A stretch of DNA of 64,000 nt, from the NCBI GenBank assembly GCA_045598965.1, contig JAZRVH010000005.1:1289-65288 (forward strand). Reading direction: 5' to 3'. The notes below the pieces were generated by a model, which saw only the letters and a program-made list of their open reading frames with translations, was not told where the DNA came from and searched no databases. The stretch is from Acutalibacteraceae bacterium. Its GTDB lineage: Bacteria > Bacillota > Clostridia > Oscillospirales > Acutalibacteraceae. The position numbers were made by a program, and so were the translations under genes. This document shows positions 8,817-18,357 of the stretch, piece by piece (position 1 is the first letter of the stretch; each line of letters opens with the position of its first letter).

Positions 8817-9230
8817 ATGACTCGACATGAGGAAAGAGAACAGGCCTTTTTGCTGTTGTTTGAAATGACATTCGGCAATGAGACAGCTGAAGAACGCATG
8901 GAGTGTGCTGTTGAAGCCCGTGCGGCCCAATTTTCTGATTTTTCCAAAAAATTGGTGGACGGCGTTACCGCCTATCGTATTCAGCTGGATGATTGCTTGG
9001 CAACGTATTCAAAAAACTGGCATCTCGACCGAATTTCCCGTGTGGCACTGACGGCGTTGCGGTTGGCGGCATACGAGATGAAATACTGTGACGATATCCC
9101 GAACAGTGTCGCCATCAACGAAGCAGTTGAGCTTGTGAAAGCCTATGGCGGCGAGGAGGACGGTTCGTTCGTAAACGGCGTGTTGGGCGGTCTTGCCCGT
9201 GCCGACGAAACGGAGACGACTCCCGTATGA
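8817..9230 (+). CDS. nusB: transcription antitermination factor NusB
   Basis: 137 aa. RISRVALTALRLAAYEMKYCDDIPNSVAINEAVELVKAYGGEEDGSFVNGVLG. Confidence 0.92.
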   Translation: MTRHEEREQAFLLLFEMTFGNETAEERMECAVEARAAQFSDFSKKLVDGVTAYRIQLDDCLATYSKNWHLDRISRVALTALRLAAYEMKYCDDIPNSVAINEAVELVKAYGGEEDGSFVNGVLGGLARADETETTPV

Positions 9231-10186
9231 TTGCACTCGGACTGGATACCAGCAACTACACGACGTCGGCGGCACTGTTTGACAGTGTCACCGGCGTTTT
9301 GGTGCAAAAAAAGCGTCTGTTGCCGGTGAAAGAGGGAGAGCTCGGGCTTCGTCAAAGCGATGCGGTGTTTCACCACACCCGTCAACTGCCGGAGATGGTG
9401 GAGGAGCTGTTTGCCGAAGCGGACAAGCAGGGAATTTCCTCCCGCTTTTCGGCAGTGGGAGCGTCGGCTCGCCCGTGTGAGACGGAAGGCTCGTATATGC
9501 CGTGTTTTCTTGTAGGAAACGGACTGGCTCGCTCGTTTTCCGCCGCCAATCAGGTGCCACGGTTTGAGTGGTCTCATCAGCAAGGCCACGTTGCCGCCGC
9601 CGCTTTCGGTGCGGGACAACCGGATTTACTTAACCATCCGCTGTTGGCGTTTCATGTTTCCGGCGGCACAACAGAGATATTGCACGTCACGCCGAATGAA
9701 AACGGCGTGCCCCATTGTGAAAAAATCGGCGGTTCATTAGACCTGAAAGCCGGTCAACTGATTGATCGGGTTGGCGGGATGTTGGGGCTTGCGTTTCCCG
9801 CAGGGCCGGCACTGGAACAGCTGGCATTGACGATCCCGGAACTGAAAAAAGCCGATTGTCCGCACATCAAGACGGATGTCACCGGCTGTCATCTGTCCGG
9901 CGTGGAAAATCAGTGTCGAAAACTGCTTGCCGACGGAAAAGAACCTGCGTTCGTGGCACGGTATTGCCTGGTTGCCGTCTATCGAGCGGTGAGGGAGTTG
10001 ACCGCCACCGCCCTCCAAAGAACGGGAGAATTGCCGGTGCTTTATGCCGGCGGCGTGATGTCCAACGGCATCATTCGTGAAAAATTAGAGGCAGACTTCG
10101 GCGGGATATTTGCCCCGCCCGTTTACTCCTCTGATAATGCCTGCGGCATTGCGGTGTTGACCGCAAGAGCGGCATCGAATTTGTAA
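9227..10186 (+). CDS. Kae1/TsaD (peptidase M22) family protein, a TsaD-like paralogue
   Basis: 319 aa. ASKHA-fold N-terminus MIALGLDTSNYTTSAAL. HQQGH metal motif (HxxGH). FHVSGGTTEIL. C-terminal SSDNACGIAV. ATGA overlap with nusB. Confidence 0.65.
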   Translation: MIALGLDTSNYTTSAALFDSVTGVLVQKKRLLPVKEGELGLRQSDAVFHHTRQLPEMVEELFAEADKQGISSRFSAVGASARPCETEGSYMPCFLVGNGLARSFSAANQVPRFEWSHQQGHVAAAAFGAGQPDLLNHPLLAFHVSGGTTEILHVTPNENGVPHCEKIGGSLDLKAGQLIDRVGGMLGLAFPAGPALEQLALTIPELKKADCPHIKTDVTGCHLSGVENQCRKLLADGKEPAFVARYCLVAVYRAVRELTATALQRTGELPVLYAGGVMSNGIIREKLEADFGGIFAPPVYSSDNACGIAVLTARAASNL

Positions 10187-10204
10187 GAAAGCGAGGCGAA
10201 GGAC

Positions 10205-11389
10205 GTGGGTGTTGTTACCGTTAGCCAGTTGAACCAGTATGTGAAATCCTTGTTGGATTCCAACCCGCTTCTTTCGTCTGTGTATATCAGCGGCGAAATC
10301 AGCAATTTTACCAATCACTACAAATCCGGCCACCTGTATTTCACGCTGAAAGATGAAAATGCCGCCGTAAAAGCGGTGATGTTTAAGGGACAAGCTTCGA
10401 AGTTGACCTTTACTCCCGAAAGCGGAATGAAAGTGATTGTCCGTGCTCGTGTGTCGTTGTATGACCGAGACGGTGCGTATCAAATTTATGTGGATGCGAT
10501 GCAACCGGACGGCGTCGGGGCTTTACAGCTGGCGTTTGAACAGCTGAAAGCCAAGCTTGAAAAAGAGGGGCTTTTTGATAAATCCCGCAAACGCCCACTT
10601 CCTCGGTTTCCGCAAAAGGTCGGTGTGATTACCGCCGAGACCGGTGCGGCGGTTCGAGATATTATCAATGTCCTCGGTCGCCGGTATCCGCTGGCGGAAA
10701 TTGTGCTTTGTCCCGTGCTGGTGCAAGGCGAGGGTTCGCCGCCTCAGCTGATTGACGCACTGAAACGTTTTAACGATGAAAAAGCCGCTGACGTGATTAT
10801 TATCGGACGTGGCGGCGGTTCTATTGAAGATTTGTGGGCATTTAATGACGAGGGAGTGGCACGTGCGGTTGCCGCCTCGGCCATTCCCGTGATTTCTGCC
10901 GTGGGACACGAAACGGATTTCACCATTTGCGATTTTGTTGCCGATTTGCGTGCTCCGACACCGTCGGCGGCGGCGGAGCTTGCCGTTCCCGATGAGCGGG
11001 AGCTTTTCGTGCGGCTCGACCATTTGATGCAGCGTTCGTCTGCGGCACTGGATTTTCGCTTGAAACGGGAGCATCAACGATTGGAGACATTGTCTAAAAG
11101 TCGTGTGATGAAAGAACCGCTCACCTTGATTGAGGAACAGCAAATGCGTCTTGACTATGCGGTCAAAGGACTGGGCGTCGGTTTCGGAAGCAAGCTTTCC
11201 GAGGAACAAAAGCGTCTGTCTGCCGGTGCCGCCAAGTTGGATGCGTTAAGTCCGCTTAAGGTGTTAGGGCGTGGCTATGCCATTGCCCGCAAAGGCGATG
11301 TTGTTTTGCGTTCGGTTAAGGATGTTTCGTCCGGCGACCGTTTTTCCGTCCGTCTTGCGGACGGCGATTTGCCCGTTGTGGCAGAATGA
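10205..11389 (+). CDS. xseA: exodeoxyribonuclease VII large subunit
   Basis: 394 aa. N-terminal OB fold (VSQLNQYVKSLLDSNPLLSSVYISGEISNF) plus GRGGGSIEDLWAFNDE. Confidence 0.92.
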   Translation: MGVVTVSQLNQYVKSLLDSNPLLSSVYISGEISNFTNHYKSGHLYFTLKDENAAVKAVMFKGQASKLTFTPESGMKVIVRARVSLYDRDGAYQIYVDAMQPDGVGALQLAFEQLKAKLEKEGLFDKSRKRPLPRFPQKVGVITAETGAAVRDIINVLGRRYPLAEIVLCPVLVQGEGSPPQLIDALKRFNDEKAADVIIIGRGGGSIEDLWAFNDEGVARAVAASAIPVISAVGHETDFTICDFVADLRAPTPSAAAELAVPDERELFVRLDHLMQRSSAALDFRLKREHQRLETLSKSRVMKEPLTLIEEQQMRLDYAVKGLGVGFGSKLSEEQKRLSAGAAKLDALSPLKVLGRGYAIARKGDVVLRSVKDVSSGDRFSVRLADGDLPVVAE

Positions 11390-11402
11390 GGAGGAATTCC
11401 CT

Positions 11403-11615
11403 ATGGCTAAAGATTTGACCTATGAACAAGCGATGACCCGTTTGGAGGAAATCGTTGCCCAACTGGAGGGTGGCAAATGCACCCTTGACGATTCGATGAA
11501 ATTGTTCGAGGAAGGGGCAAAAATGACGGAGTTTTGTCGCAAAGCTCTGGCTGATGCCGAACAAAAAATCCAGAAATTACAGACAAAGAATGCAGAAAAC
11601 TCTGCCGAGGAATAA
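11403..11615 (+). CDS. xseB: exodeoxyribonuclease VII small subunit
   Basis: 70 aa from the ATG at 11403 (MAKDLTYEQAMTRLEEIVAQLEGGKCTLDDSMKLFEEG). The longer track ORF from 11271 overlaps xseA. Confidence 0.9.
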   Translation: MAKDLTYEQAMTRLEEIVAQLEGGKCTLDDSMKLFEEGAKMTEFCRKALADAEQKIQKLQTKNAENSAEE

Positions 11616-11618
11616 ACC

Positions 11619-12509
11619 ATGAAACTCTATTCACAGACATTTGAGGGGTATCGTACGCTTGTGGAAGCAGCGTTGCCCACTTATTTACCCACTCCGAAAG
11701 ACGGAGAGGAAACGGTCTGCCGTGCAATGGCGTATGCTTGCGAAGCCGGCGGAAAGCGTCTTCGCCCCGTGCTTCTTACCGCTTTTGCGGTGTTGGCGGG
11801 GGGCAAAGCCGATAAGGTTATGCCGTTTGCTTGTGCTATCGAGATGCTCCACAATTACTCACTGGTGCACGATGACCTGCCCTGCATGGACAATAGCCCG
11901 TTGCGTCACGGCAAACCGTCGGTGCATACCGCCTACGGAGAGGATATGGCGGTGCTTTGCGGGGATGCGTTGCTCAACCGTGTGTTTGAGGTTGTCCTTT
12001 GTGCAGATGTGATGCAGGATACAGAGGCTTCTTGCCGCCTGCGTGCCTCTTACGTGTTGGCACGTGCCGCCGGAATTCGTGGAATGATCGGCGGGCAGAC
12101 CATTGACCTTGAAAACGAGGGGAAACCCATTTCCCTTGACCTGCTGGAAGAACTTCACCGCAAAAAAACGGGTGCTTTGTTGACTGCCGCCTGCGAGATG
12201 GGAGCGATTCTCGGCGGCGGAGATGAACGCTTTATCGCCGCCGCAAGAGAATACGGCCAATGTGTGGGGCTTTGTTTCCAGCTGGTGGATGATATTTTAG
12301 ATGTGACGGCTACGGCCGCCGAGCTGGGTAAACCCGTGGGCGGTGACGCTCAAAACGAGAAGAACACCTATGTCTCCTTGTTGGGCCTTGAAGAAACCCG
12401 CCGCCTTGCTGCAAAGCAAACCGAAAAAGCGATTGCTGCCCTTGACGGTATTGACGGTGCTGAGGATTTGAAAGCACTTGCTACGGCGTTATTATCCCGA
12501 ACCACGTAA
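11619..12509 (+). CDS. ispA: polyprenyl (farnesyl/geranylgeranyl) diphosphate synthase
   Basis: 296 aa. First DDxxD motif region LVHDDLPCMDNSPLRHGKP and second motif FQLVDDILD. Confidence 0.9.
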   Translation: MKLYSQTFEGYRTLVEAALPTYLPTPKDGEETVCRAMAYACEAGGKRLRPVLLTAFAVLAGGKADKVMPFACAIEMLHNYSLVHDDLPCMDNSPLRHGKPSVHTAYGEDMAVLCGDALLNRVFEVVLCADVMQDTEASCRLRASYVLARAAGIRGMIGGQTIDLENEGKPISLDLLEELHRKKTGALLTAACEMGAILGGGDERFIAAAREYGQCVGLCFQLVDDILDVTATAAELGKPVGGDAQNEKNTYVSLLGLEETRRLAAKQTEKAIAALDGIDGAEDLKALATALLSRTT

Positions 12510-12522
12510 AAGAGGCATTCTT

Positions 12523-14409
12523 ATGGACGTTCAATTTCTTAACAATATACATAGCCCTGCCGATTTGCGTGCACTTGACAAAGAGCAATTACCGGCTTTG
12601 TGCGACGAAATTCGGTCGGTGATTATAGATCGGGTCTCCCAAAACGGCGGACACTTAGCTCCGAACCTCGGTGTTGTGGAGCTGACGGTGGCACTTCACC
12701 GCACCTTTGATTGCCCGCAAGACTCTATTGTGTGGGATGTGGGGCATCAATGCTATACCCACAAATTGCTCACCGGACGATACGATAAGTTTGAGACTCT
12801 TCGCAAGCAAGGGGGAATTACCGGATTTCCAGACCCTCGGGAGAGCGAGTACGATGCGTTTGTTGCCGGCCACAGCAGTACAGCGGTGTCGGTGGCGGCG
12901 GGTCTTGCCCGTGCCAACACCCTGAAAGGGGATAACCATACCGTGGTGGCGGTTATCGGCGACGGTGCTCTTACCGGCGGTCTTGCGTATGAGGGGCTGT
13001 CGAACGCCGGCCAAAGCCATGACCGACTGATTGTGGTTCTTAACGATAATCACATGTCTATCAACAAAAACGTGGGGTTTGTGGCACGTCACCTCGCCAA
13101 TCTTCGGGCACGAGGCGGCTACGTCCGCTTTAAGCACGGGCTGACAAAGGTGCTGCACAAAATCCCGCTTATCGGTAAACCGATTTATCGCTTTTTACTG
13201 CGTGCCAAACAGCGTATGAAATACGCTTTGTACGACAGCAGTACGATGTTTGAGGATATGGGCTTTTACTATATCGGGCCGATTGACGGTCATAGCTTGC
13301 GTGACTTGACGACCGCTATGGAGTCGGCAAAACAGATTGAACAACCGGTGCTGTTGCACGTGGATACGGTAAAGGGAAAAGGGTATGCTCCGGCGGTACA
13401 AAATCCCGATACGTTCCACGGGATCGGAAAATTTGATGTGGAAACGGGAAAAACGGCTCCGTCCGGCAACTCGTTTTCCAAAACCTTTGGCGAAACTATG
13501 GTGGAGCTTGCAAGCGAGCACGAGGACATTGTTGCTATTACTGCCGCTATGAAAGGCGGTACGGGGCTTTCTGCCTTTGCGGAAAAATTCCCCGACCGGT
13601 TTATGGATGTGGGCATTGCGGAGGAACATGCCGTTACGACGGCTTCGGCAATGGCAACAAAAGGGCTTGTGCCGGTATTTGCGGTATATTCCACCTTCTT
13701 ACAACGGTGCTTTGACCAGTTGATTAACGACACCGCCATTCTCAATAACCATATTGTTTTAGCCATTGACCGTGCCGGTATTGTTCCGGATGACGGAATC
13801 ACACACCAAGGGATTTTTGATGTGTCTATGCTCAATGCTGTGCCGCAGATGACGGTGTATGCTCCGTCCACTCGGGGAGAACTGTCGCTTTGCTTAAAAC
13901 AAGCCATTTACAGCACGTCCGGCCCGGTGGCTGTCCGTTACCCGAAAGGGGACGAACTGCCCTGCGAGGTGGAGTATGCACCGGACGGGCATCTGTATAC
14001 GCTGTTTACTCCTGACGACAAAAAGGCGGAGAATTTGCTTGTTACCTACGGGCGGATTTTCCCGTCGGTGATGAATGCCGCCAAACGCTTAAACGAAAAC
14101 GGTATACCGACGGCGGTGTTAAAGCTTACCCGCATTAAACCGTTACCCAAAGGGGTTATTTCTACGGCACTGTCTTACAATCGAGTGCTGTTTTTTGAGG
14201 AATCGGAGTTGTCCGGCGGTGTCGGTGAATTTTACGGAAATCGCCTTATGCACCGTGGATTTAAGGGCTCTTATGAAATTCACGCCATTAAAGGCTTTGT
14301 GCCAACCTGCAAAACCGAGTGGGGACTTGCTCAAAGCGGACTGGATACGAACGGAATATGCCGCACCGTAGCCGGTGACACGTTTTCGCCGGAGGATGCC
14401 GATGAGTGA
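12523..14409 (+). CDS. dxs: 1-deoxy-D-xylulose-5-phosphate synthase
   Basis: Start at the ATG at 12523 (MDVQFLNNIHSPADLR). GHLAPNLGVVELTVALH, ThDP motif GDGALTGG, and a transketolase-like C-terminus. Confidence 0.93.
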   Translation: MDVQFLNNIHSPADLRALDKEQLPALCDEIRSVIIDRVSQNGGHLAPNLGVVELTVALHRTFDCPQDSIVWDVGHQCYTHKLLTGRYDKFETLRKQGGITGFPDPRESEYDAFVAGHSSTAVSVAAGLARANTLKGDNHTVVAVIGDGALTGGLAYEGLSNAGQSHDRLIVVLNDNHMSINKNVGFVARHLANLRARGGYVRFKHGLTKVLHKIPLIGKPIYRFLLRAKQRMKYALYDSSTMFEDMGFYYIGPIDGHSLRDLTTAMESAKQIEQPVLLHVDTVKGKGYAPAVQNPDTFHGIGKFDVETGKTAPSGNSFSKTFGETMVELASEHEDIVAITAAMKGGTGLSAFAEKFPDRFMDVGIAEEHAVTTASAMATKGLVPVFAVYSTFLQRCFDQLINDTAILNNHIVLAIDRAGIVPDDGITHQGIFDVSMLNAVPQMTVYAPSTRGELSLCLKQAIYSTSGPVAVRYPKGDELPCEVEYAPDGHLYTLFTPDDKKAENLLVTYGRIFPSVMNAAKRLNENGIPTAVLKLTRIKPLPKGVISTALSYNRVLFFEESELSGGVGEFYGNRLMHRGFKGSYEIHAIKGFVPTCKTEWGLAQSGLDTNGICRTVAGDTFSPEDADE

Positions 14410-15208
14410 AATGCGATTAGATGCCGCTTTGGTGGCAAAAGGATTGGCCCCCTCTCGGGAACGGGCAAAGGAATTCATAAAAAACGGATGTGTTACCGTT
14501 TCGGGTAAAGTGACGAAAAAACCGGCACAGCCCGTTTCGGATACGGACGAAATCTCTTGTTCGGCTACCGACGATTTTGTGGGGCGTGGGGGATATAAGC
14601 TGGAAAAAGCATTAACCGAAAAGGAATATAACCTTTACGGAAAAACCGCTTTGGACGTCGGTGCTTCCACCGGCGGATTTACCGAACGCTTACTGCTTGG
14701 CGGTGCCACTGTCGTGTATGCCCTTGACGTCGGGCACGGACAACTGCACGAACGCCTGCGAAAAGACCCCCGTGTGGTGAATTTGGAGGGGACGGACATT
14801 CGTTCAGATAAGGCGAAAACCGCCGTTGCTTCGCATTCGGTGGATTTTTGCAGTGTGGACGTGTCGTTTATCAGCCTAAAACAGGTGCTTCCCGCTTTGC
14901 CTGCATTTCTCAAAAACAAAGCAGATGTGGTTTGCCTTATTAAACCCCAATTTGAGGCGGGTCGTTCCGCTTTGGGAAAAGGCGGCATTGTCAAGGATAA
15001 ACGAGTGCGGGAAAAGGTGCTGTGTGACCTGATGCCCGCTTTTGCCGCTGAACATTTGAAAGTGACCGATTTGTTTTTGTCGCCCATTACCGGCGGCGAC
15101 GGAAACATAGAATATTTAGCTGTTTGTATGTATCTTCCCGATGAAGCGGTTTCTTCCCTTGGCAAGGAATCGGTAAAACTGCTTTTGGAGAAAGAACAAA
15201 ATGTATAA
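14402..15208 (+). CDS. tlyA: TlyA-family rRNA (cytidine-2'-O)-methyltransferase
   Basis: S4 domain (MRLDAALVAKGLAPSRERAKEFIKNG) plus FtsJ-type SAM motif LDVGASTGGFT. The ATG overlaps the dxs stop region. Confidence 0.88.
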   Translation: MSEMRLDAALVAKGLAPSRERAKEFIKNGCVTVSGKVTKKPAQPVSDTDEISCSATDDFVGRGGYKLEKALTEKEYNLYGKTALDVGASTGGFTERLLLGGATVVYALDVGHGQLHERLRKDPRVVNLEGTDIRSDKAKTAVASHSVDFCSVDVSFISLKQVLPALPAFLKNKADVVCLIKPQFEAGRSALGKGGIVKDKRVREKVLCDLMPAFAAEHLKVTDLFLSPITGGDGNIEYLAVCMYLPDEAVSSLGKESVKLLLEKEQNV

Positions 15209-15216
15209 GGAGGGTC

Positions 15217-16059
15217 GTGTTGCGTATGCGTGTTGCCATCATAAATCATCCGCATATCGAACAGTCGCAAGAGCTTGCCGCTCATGTTGCGGACGTTCTT
15301 CGTGGCTATGGAGCAATAACGGAAAATGCGTTATTTGATGAAGCGGAGAAAGCCATAGCCGACGCTGACGTTGCCGTCGCCTTAGGCGGTGACGGAACGA
15401 TACTGCACGTGGCGAAAATCGCCGCCGAAGTGAATGTGCCCGTTCTCGGCATCAACTGCGGTCATCTCGGCTTTATGGCGGGAATGGAAGCGGACGATTT
15501 GTCCGACTTAAAACGCTTGGCGGATGGCTCCTTTACGGTGGAGGAACGACAGTTGCTCGATGTGCATATTGACAATGACGAAAATGGAGAAATCGCCCAT
15601 TTTTCCGCCTTAAACGAAGTGGCCATCTCCCGTGGCGTGACAACCCATATTGCCTCGTTTGATTTGTATGAAAACGATAAAAAGTTTGCCACCTTTGCGG
15701 CCGATGGATTGCTGGTGGCAACGCCGACCGGTTCTACCGCCTATTCGCTGTCTGCGGGTGGACCGATTGTGGACCCCCGAGTGGCGTGCTTTTTGGCAAC
15801 GCCCATTTGTCCCAGTGCTTTAACAGCACGTCCGCTGGTAATCAGCGTAGATGCGGATTTAACGGTTCGCATTTCTCCCCGTTACGATACCGACCGTTTG
15901 TACCTTTCGGCAGACGGAAAACCGGGCATTGAGGTGGGGGCAAACGATCGCATCCATATTCGCCGCCATAAAAAGACGGCAAAACTTATTCGCTTCACGC
16001 CGAATGCGTTTTATGATACCCTTAGAAACAAAATTATCGGGCAGCTTGAGCGTGCCTGA
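15217..16059 (+). CDS. nadK: NAD kinase
   Basis: GGDGT motif (VALGGDGTILH) and TPTGSTAYSLSAGGP. The start is ambiguous: GTG 15217, TTG 15220 or ATG 15226, all downstream of AAGGAGG at 15207..15213. Confidence 0.9.
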   Translation: MLRMRVAIINHPHIEQSQELAAHVADVLRGYGAITENALFDEAEKAIADADVAVALGGDGTILHVAKIAAEVNVPVLGINCGHLGFMAGMEADDLSDLKRLADGSFTVEERQLLDVHIDNDENGEIAHFSALNEVAISRGVTTHIASFDLYENDKKFATFAADGLLVATPTGSTAYSLSAGGPIVDPRVACFLATPICPSALTARPLVISVDADLTVRISPRYDTDRLYLSADGKPGIEVGANDRIHIRRHKKTAKLIRFTPNAFYDTLRNKIIGQLERA

Positions 16060-16078
16060 AGAATGAGAGGAACAAAAA

Positions 16079-16522
16079 ATGAAAGACAATCGCAGAAACG
16101 CTATTTTGGAAATCATCCAACAGATGCCCGTTGAGACACAGGACGAACTGCAACATCAGTTATCTTTGCGTGGATTTGAGGTAACCCAAGCCACCGTGTC
16201 CCGAGACATTCGTGCTTTGCGTCTTGTGAAACGTCATACTCAAAGCGGACGCAGCTGTTACACGACCTCCGACCCGAGCGTTGGAGGAAATTCCCGCTTT
16301 TATGCGGTGTTTTCCGGTGCTGTGGAGGTGATTGATTACGCCAACAACATCGTTGTGTTTAAGTGCGGTGCCGGTATGGCAAACGCTGTTTGTGCGTCGA
16401 TTGACGACGAAAAATGGGACGATTTGGTGGGTACTCTTGCCGGCGACGACACCATTTTCTGCTTGATGCGTAATGAGACCGCCGCAAAAAATTTGGCAGA
16501 CCGTCTCAACACCTTACGATAA
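16079..16522 (+). CDS. argR: arginine repressor
   Basis: 147 aa. Winged HTH (QDELQHQLSLRGFEVTQATVSRDIRAL) and C-terminal GTLAGDDTIF. Confidence 0.9.
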   Translation: MKDNRRNAILEIIQQMPVETQDELQHQLSLRGFEVTQATVSRDIRALRLVKRHTQSGRSCYTTSDPSVGGNSRFYAVFSGAVEVIDYANNIVVFKCGAGMANAVCASIDDEKWDDLVGTLAGDDTIFCLMRNETAAKNLADRLNTLR

Positions 16523-16543
16523 TCTGGATAAAGGAGAACTGGA

Positions 16544-18247
16544 ATGCTTTCGCACGTCAGCATTGAAAATATTGCTATCATTGAGCAGGCTGAGCTTACT
16601 TTTGAGCCCGGCTTTAATGTGTTGACCGGCGAAACGGGTGCAGGTAAATCCATTATCATTGATGCTTTGTCTGCGGTGCTTGGAGAACGTACCAGCCGTG
16701 ACCTTGTGCGTACCGGTACGGAAAAAGGTGTGGTTACTGCTGTGTTTGAGGAATTGTCCGACTTGGCGGTTGCCACCGTTTCGGCACTCGGATTTTCTGA
16801 AGTGGCGGAGGAAAACACCCTTATGCTTTCCCGTGAAATCGGTGCAGACGGTAAAACCGTTTGCCGCATTGACGGAAAAGTTGTGACGGCGGCAATGTTG
16901 CGTGACGTTGGTCGACTTTTGGTCAACACACACGGCCAGCATGAAAACCAAACGCTTTTGCAGCCGGAAAACCATTTGCAAACGTTAGATGTAATGGGAA
17001 ATCTTCTTCCTATCCGCAGCACGTATGAGTCGGCATATCATCGGTACTGTACGCTCCGCCGTGAGTGGAACACGTTAACCCGGTCAGCGGAGGAACGTGA
17101 AAAACGACGTGACCTGTTTGCGTTCCAGCTTGCGGAAATTGACGCCGCCGCCCTAAAGCCGGGCGAGGAGGAGGAGCTTCTCGAAACCTGCCGTCTGTTC
17201 CGTGACAAAGAAAAAATTGCCGGCGAACTGACCCGTGCGGAAAAAGCCCTTTGCGGTGAGACGGACGAACTTTCCGGCAAGGATGTGCTTGGTGCGGTGG
17301 AGCTTTTAACCGCTACCGCCGAAAGCCTTCGTCGAGCAAGTGCCCATTTAGACAGCGTTTCTCCTCTGTTTGAAAGAGTGGAGACGTTGCTTTGTGAACT
17401 TACCGATTGCCGAGATGAGGTTATCGCCGCATCCGAACGGTTTGCGGTCGATGAACAGATGCGTGATTTTGCCGAAACCCGACTGGCGGAAATTCGTAAA
17501 TTAACGGCAAAATACGGTGCCACCTCCGCCGACGTATTGGCGTACGGAGAAAAATGCCGTGCGGAGCTTTCGGCAGACGAGCATGCGGATGAACGTCTTG
17601 TCTCGTTGGAAGGTGAGCTGGAACAAGCCGAGGCAGAAGTCGTTTCTGCTTCGGAATCTCTGCATAATGCCCGAGTGAAAGCCGGCGAAGCGTTTTCACG
17701 TTCGGTGGAAAAAGAGCTGTGTTATTTGGATATGCCAAACGTCAAGCTGACGGTTGCGATTGCTCCCACGTCGTTGACCGTCACCGGCGGTGATTCCGTG
17801 GAATTTTTGCTTTCCGCAAACGCCGGTGAACCCCCGAAGCCGCTTGTAAAGGTGGCGTCCGGCGGCGAATTGTCTCGCATTATGCTTGCAATTAAAGCGG
17901 TAATGGCGGATAAGGATTCTATTGATACGCTGATATTTGATGAGATTGATACCGGAATCAGCGGTCGTGCCGCCCAAAAAGTGGGGGACAAGCTTCGCCA
18001 AATCGCTACATCGGATCAACGGGCAAGGCAGATTCTCTGCGTGACCCATTTGGCACAGATTGCGTCGAAAGGACACACCCATCTGCTTATTGAAAAAAAT
18101 GTTCGCAATGGACGGACGTTTACCGATGTGTTGCCACTGTCCACCGAGGGACGTGAGCGAGAGCTTGCCCGTATTATCAGTGGCGTGGAAAACGAGACGT
18201 CGCTTTTGGCGGCAAAGGAAATGCTTGCGGCAAATGCCGCCTATTAA
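16544..18247 (+). CDS. recN: DNA repair protein RecN
   Basis: 567 aa. Walker A LTGETGAGKSIIIDAL, coiled-coil middle, signature SGGELSRIMLAIK, Walker B LIFDEIDTGISG. Confidence 0.93.
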   Translation: MLSHVSIENIAIIEQAELTFEPGFNVLTGETGAGKSIIIDALSAVLGERTSRDLVRTGTEKGVVTAVFEELSDLAVATVSALGFSEVAEENTLMLSREIGADGKTVCRIDGKVVTAAMLRDVGRLLVNTHGQHENQTLLQPENHLQTLDVMGNLLPIRSTYESAYHRYCTLRREWNTLTRSAEEREKRRDLFAFQLAEIDAAALKPGEEEELLETCRLFRDKEKIAGELTRAEKALCGETDELSGKDVLGAVELLTATAESLRRASAHLDSVSPLFERVETLLCELTDCRDEVIAASERFAVDEQMRDFAETRLAEIRKLTAKYGATSADVLAYGEKCRAELSADEHADERLVSLEGELEQAEAEVVSASESLHNARVKAGEAFSRSVEKELCYLDMPNVKLTVAIAPTSLTVTGGDSVEFLLSANAGEPPKPLVKVASGGELSRIMLAIKAVMADKDSIDTLIFDEIDTGISGRAAQKVGDKLRQIATSDQRARQILCVTHLAQIASKGHTHLLIEKNVRNGRTFTDVLPLSTEGRERELARIISGVENETSLLAAKEMLAANAAY

Positions 18248-18357
18248 CCTGGCACATAACGCAAAAAAAGACGGTTTTTGTATAAACCACTTGCCGTTTT
18301 TTTTCGTGTTTTGTATAATAATATTGTTATTATTTTAATTCATAGGAGGAAACAACA

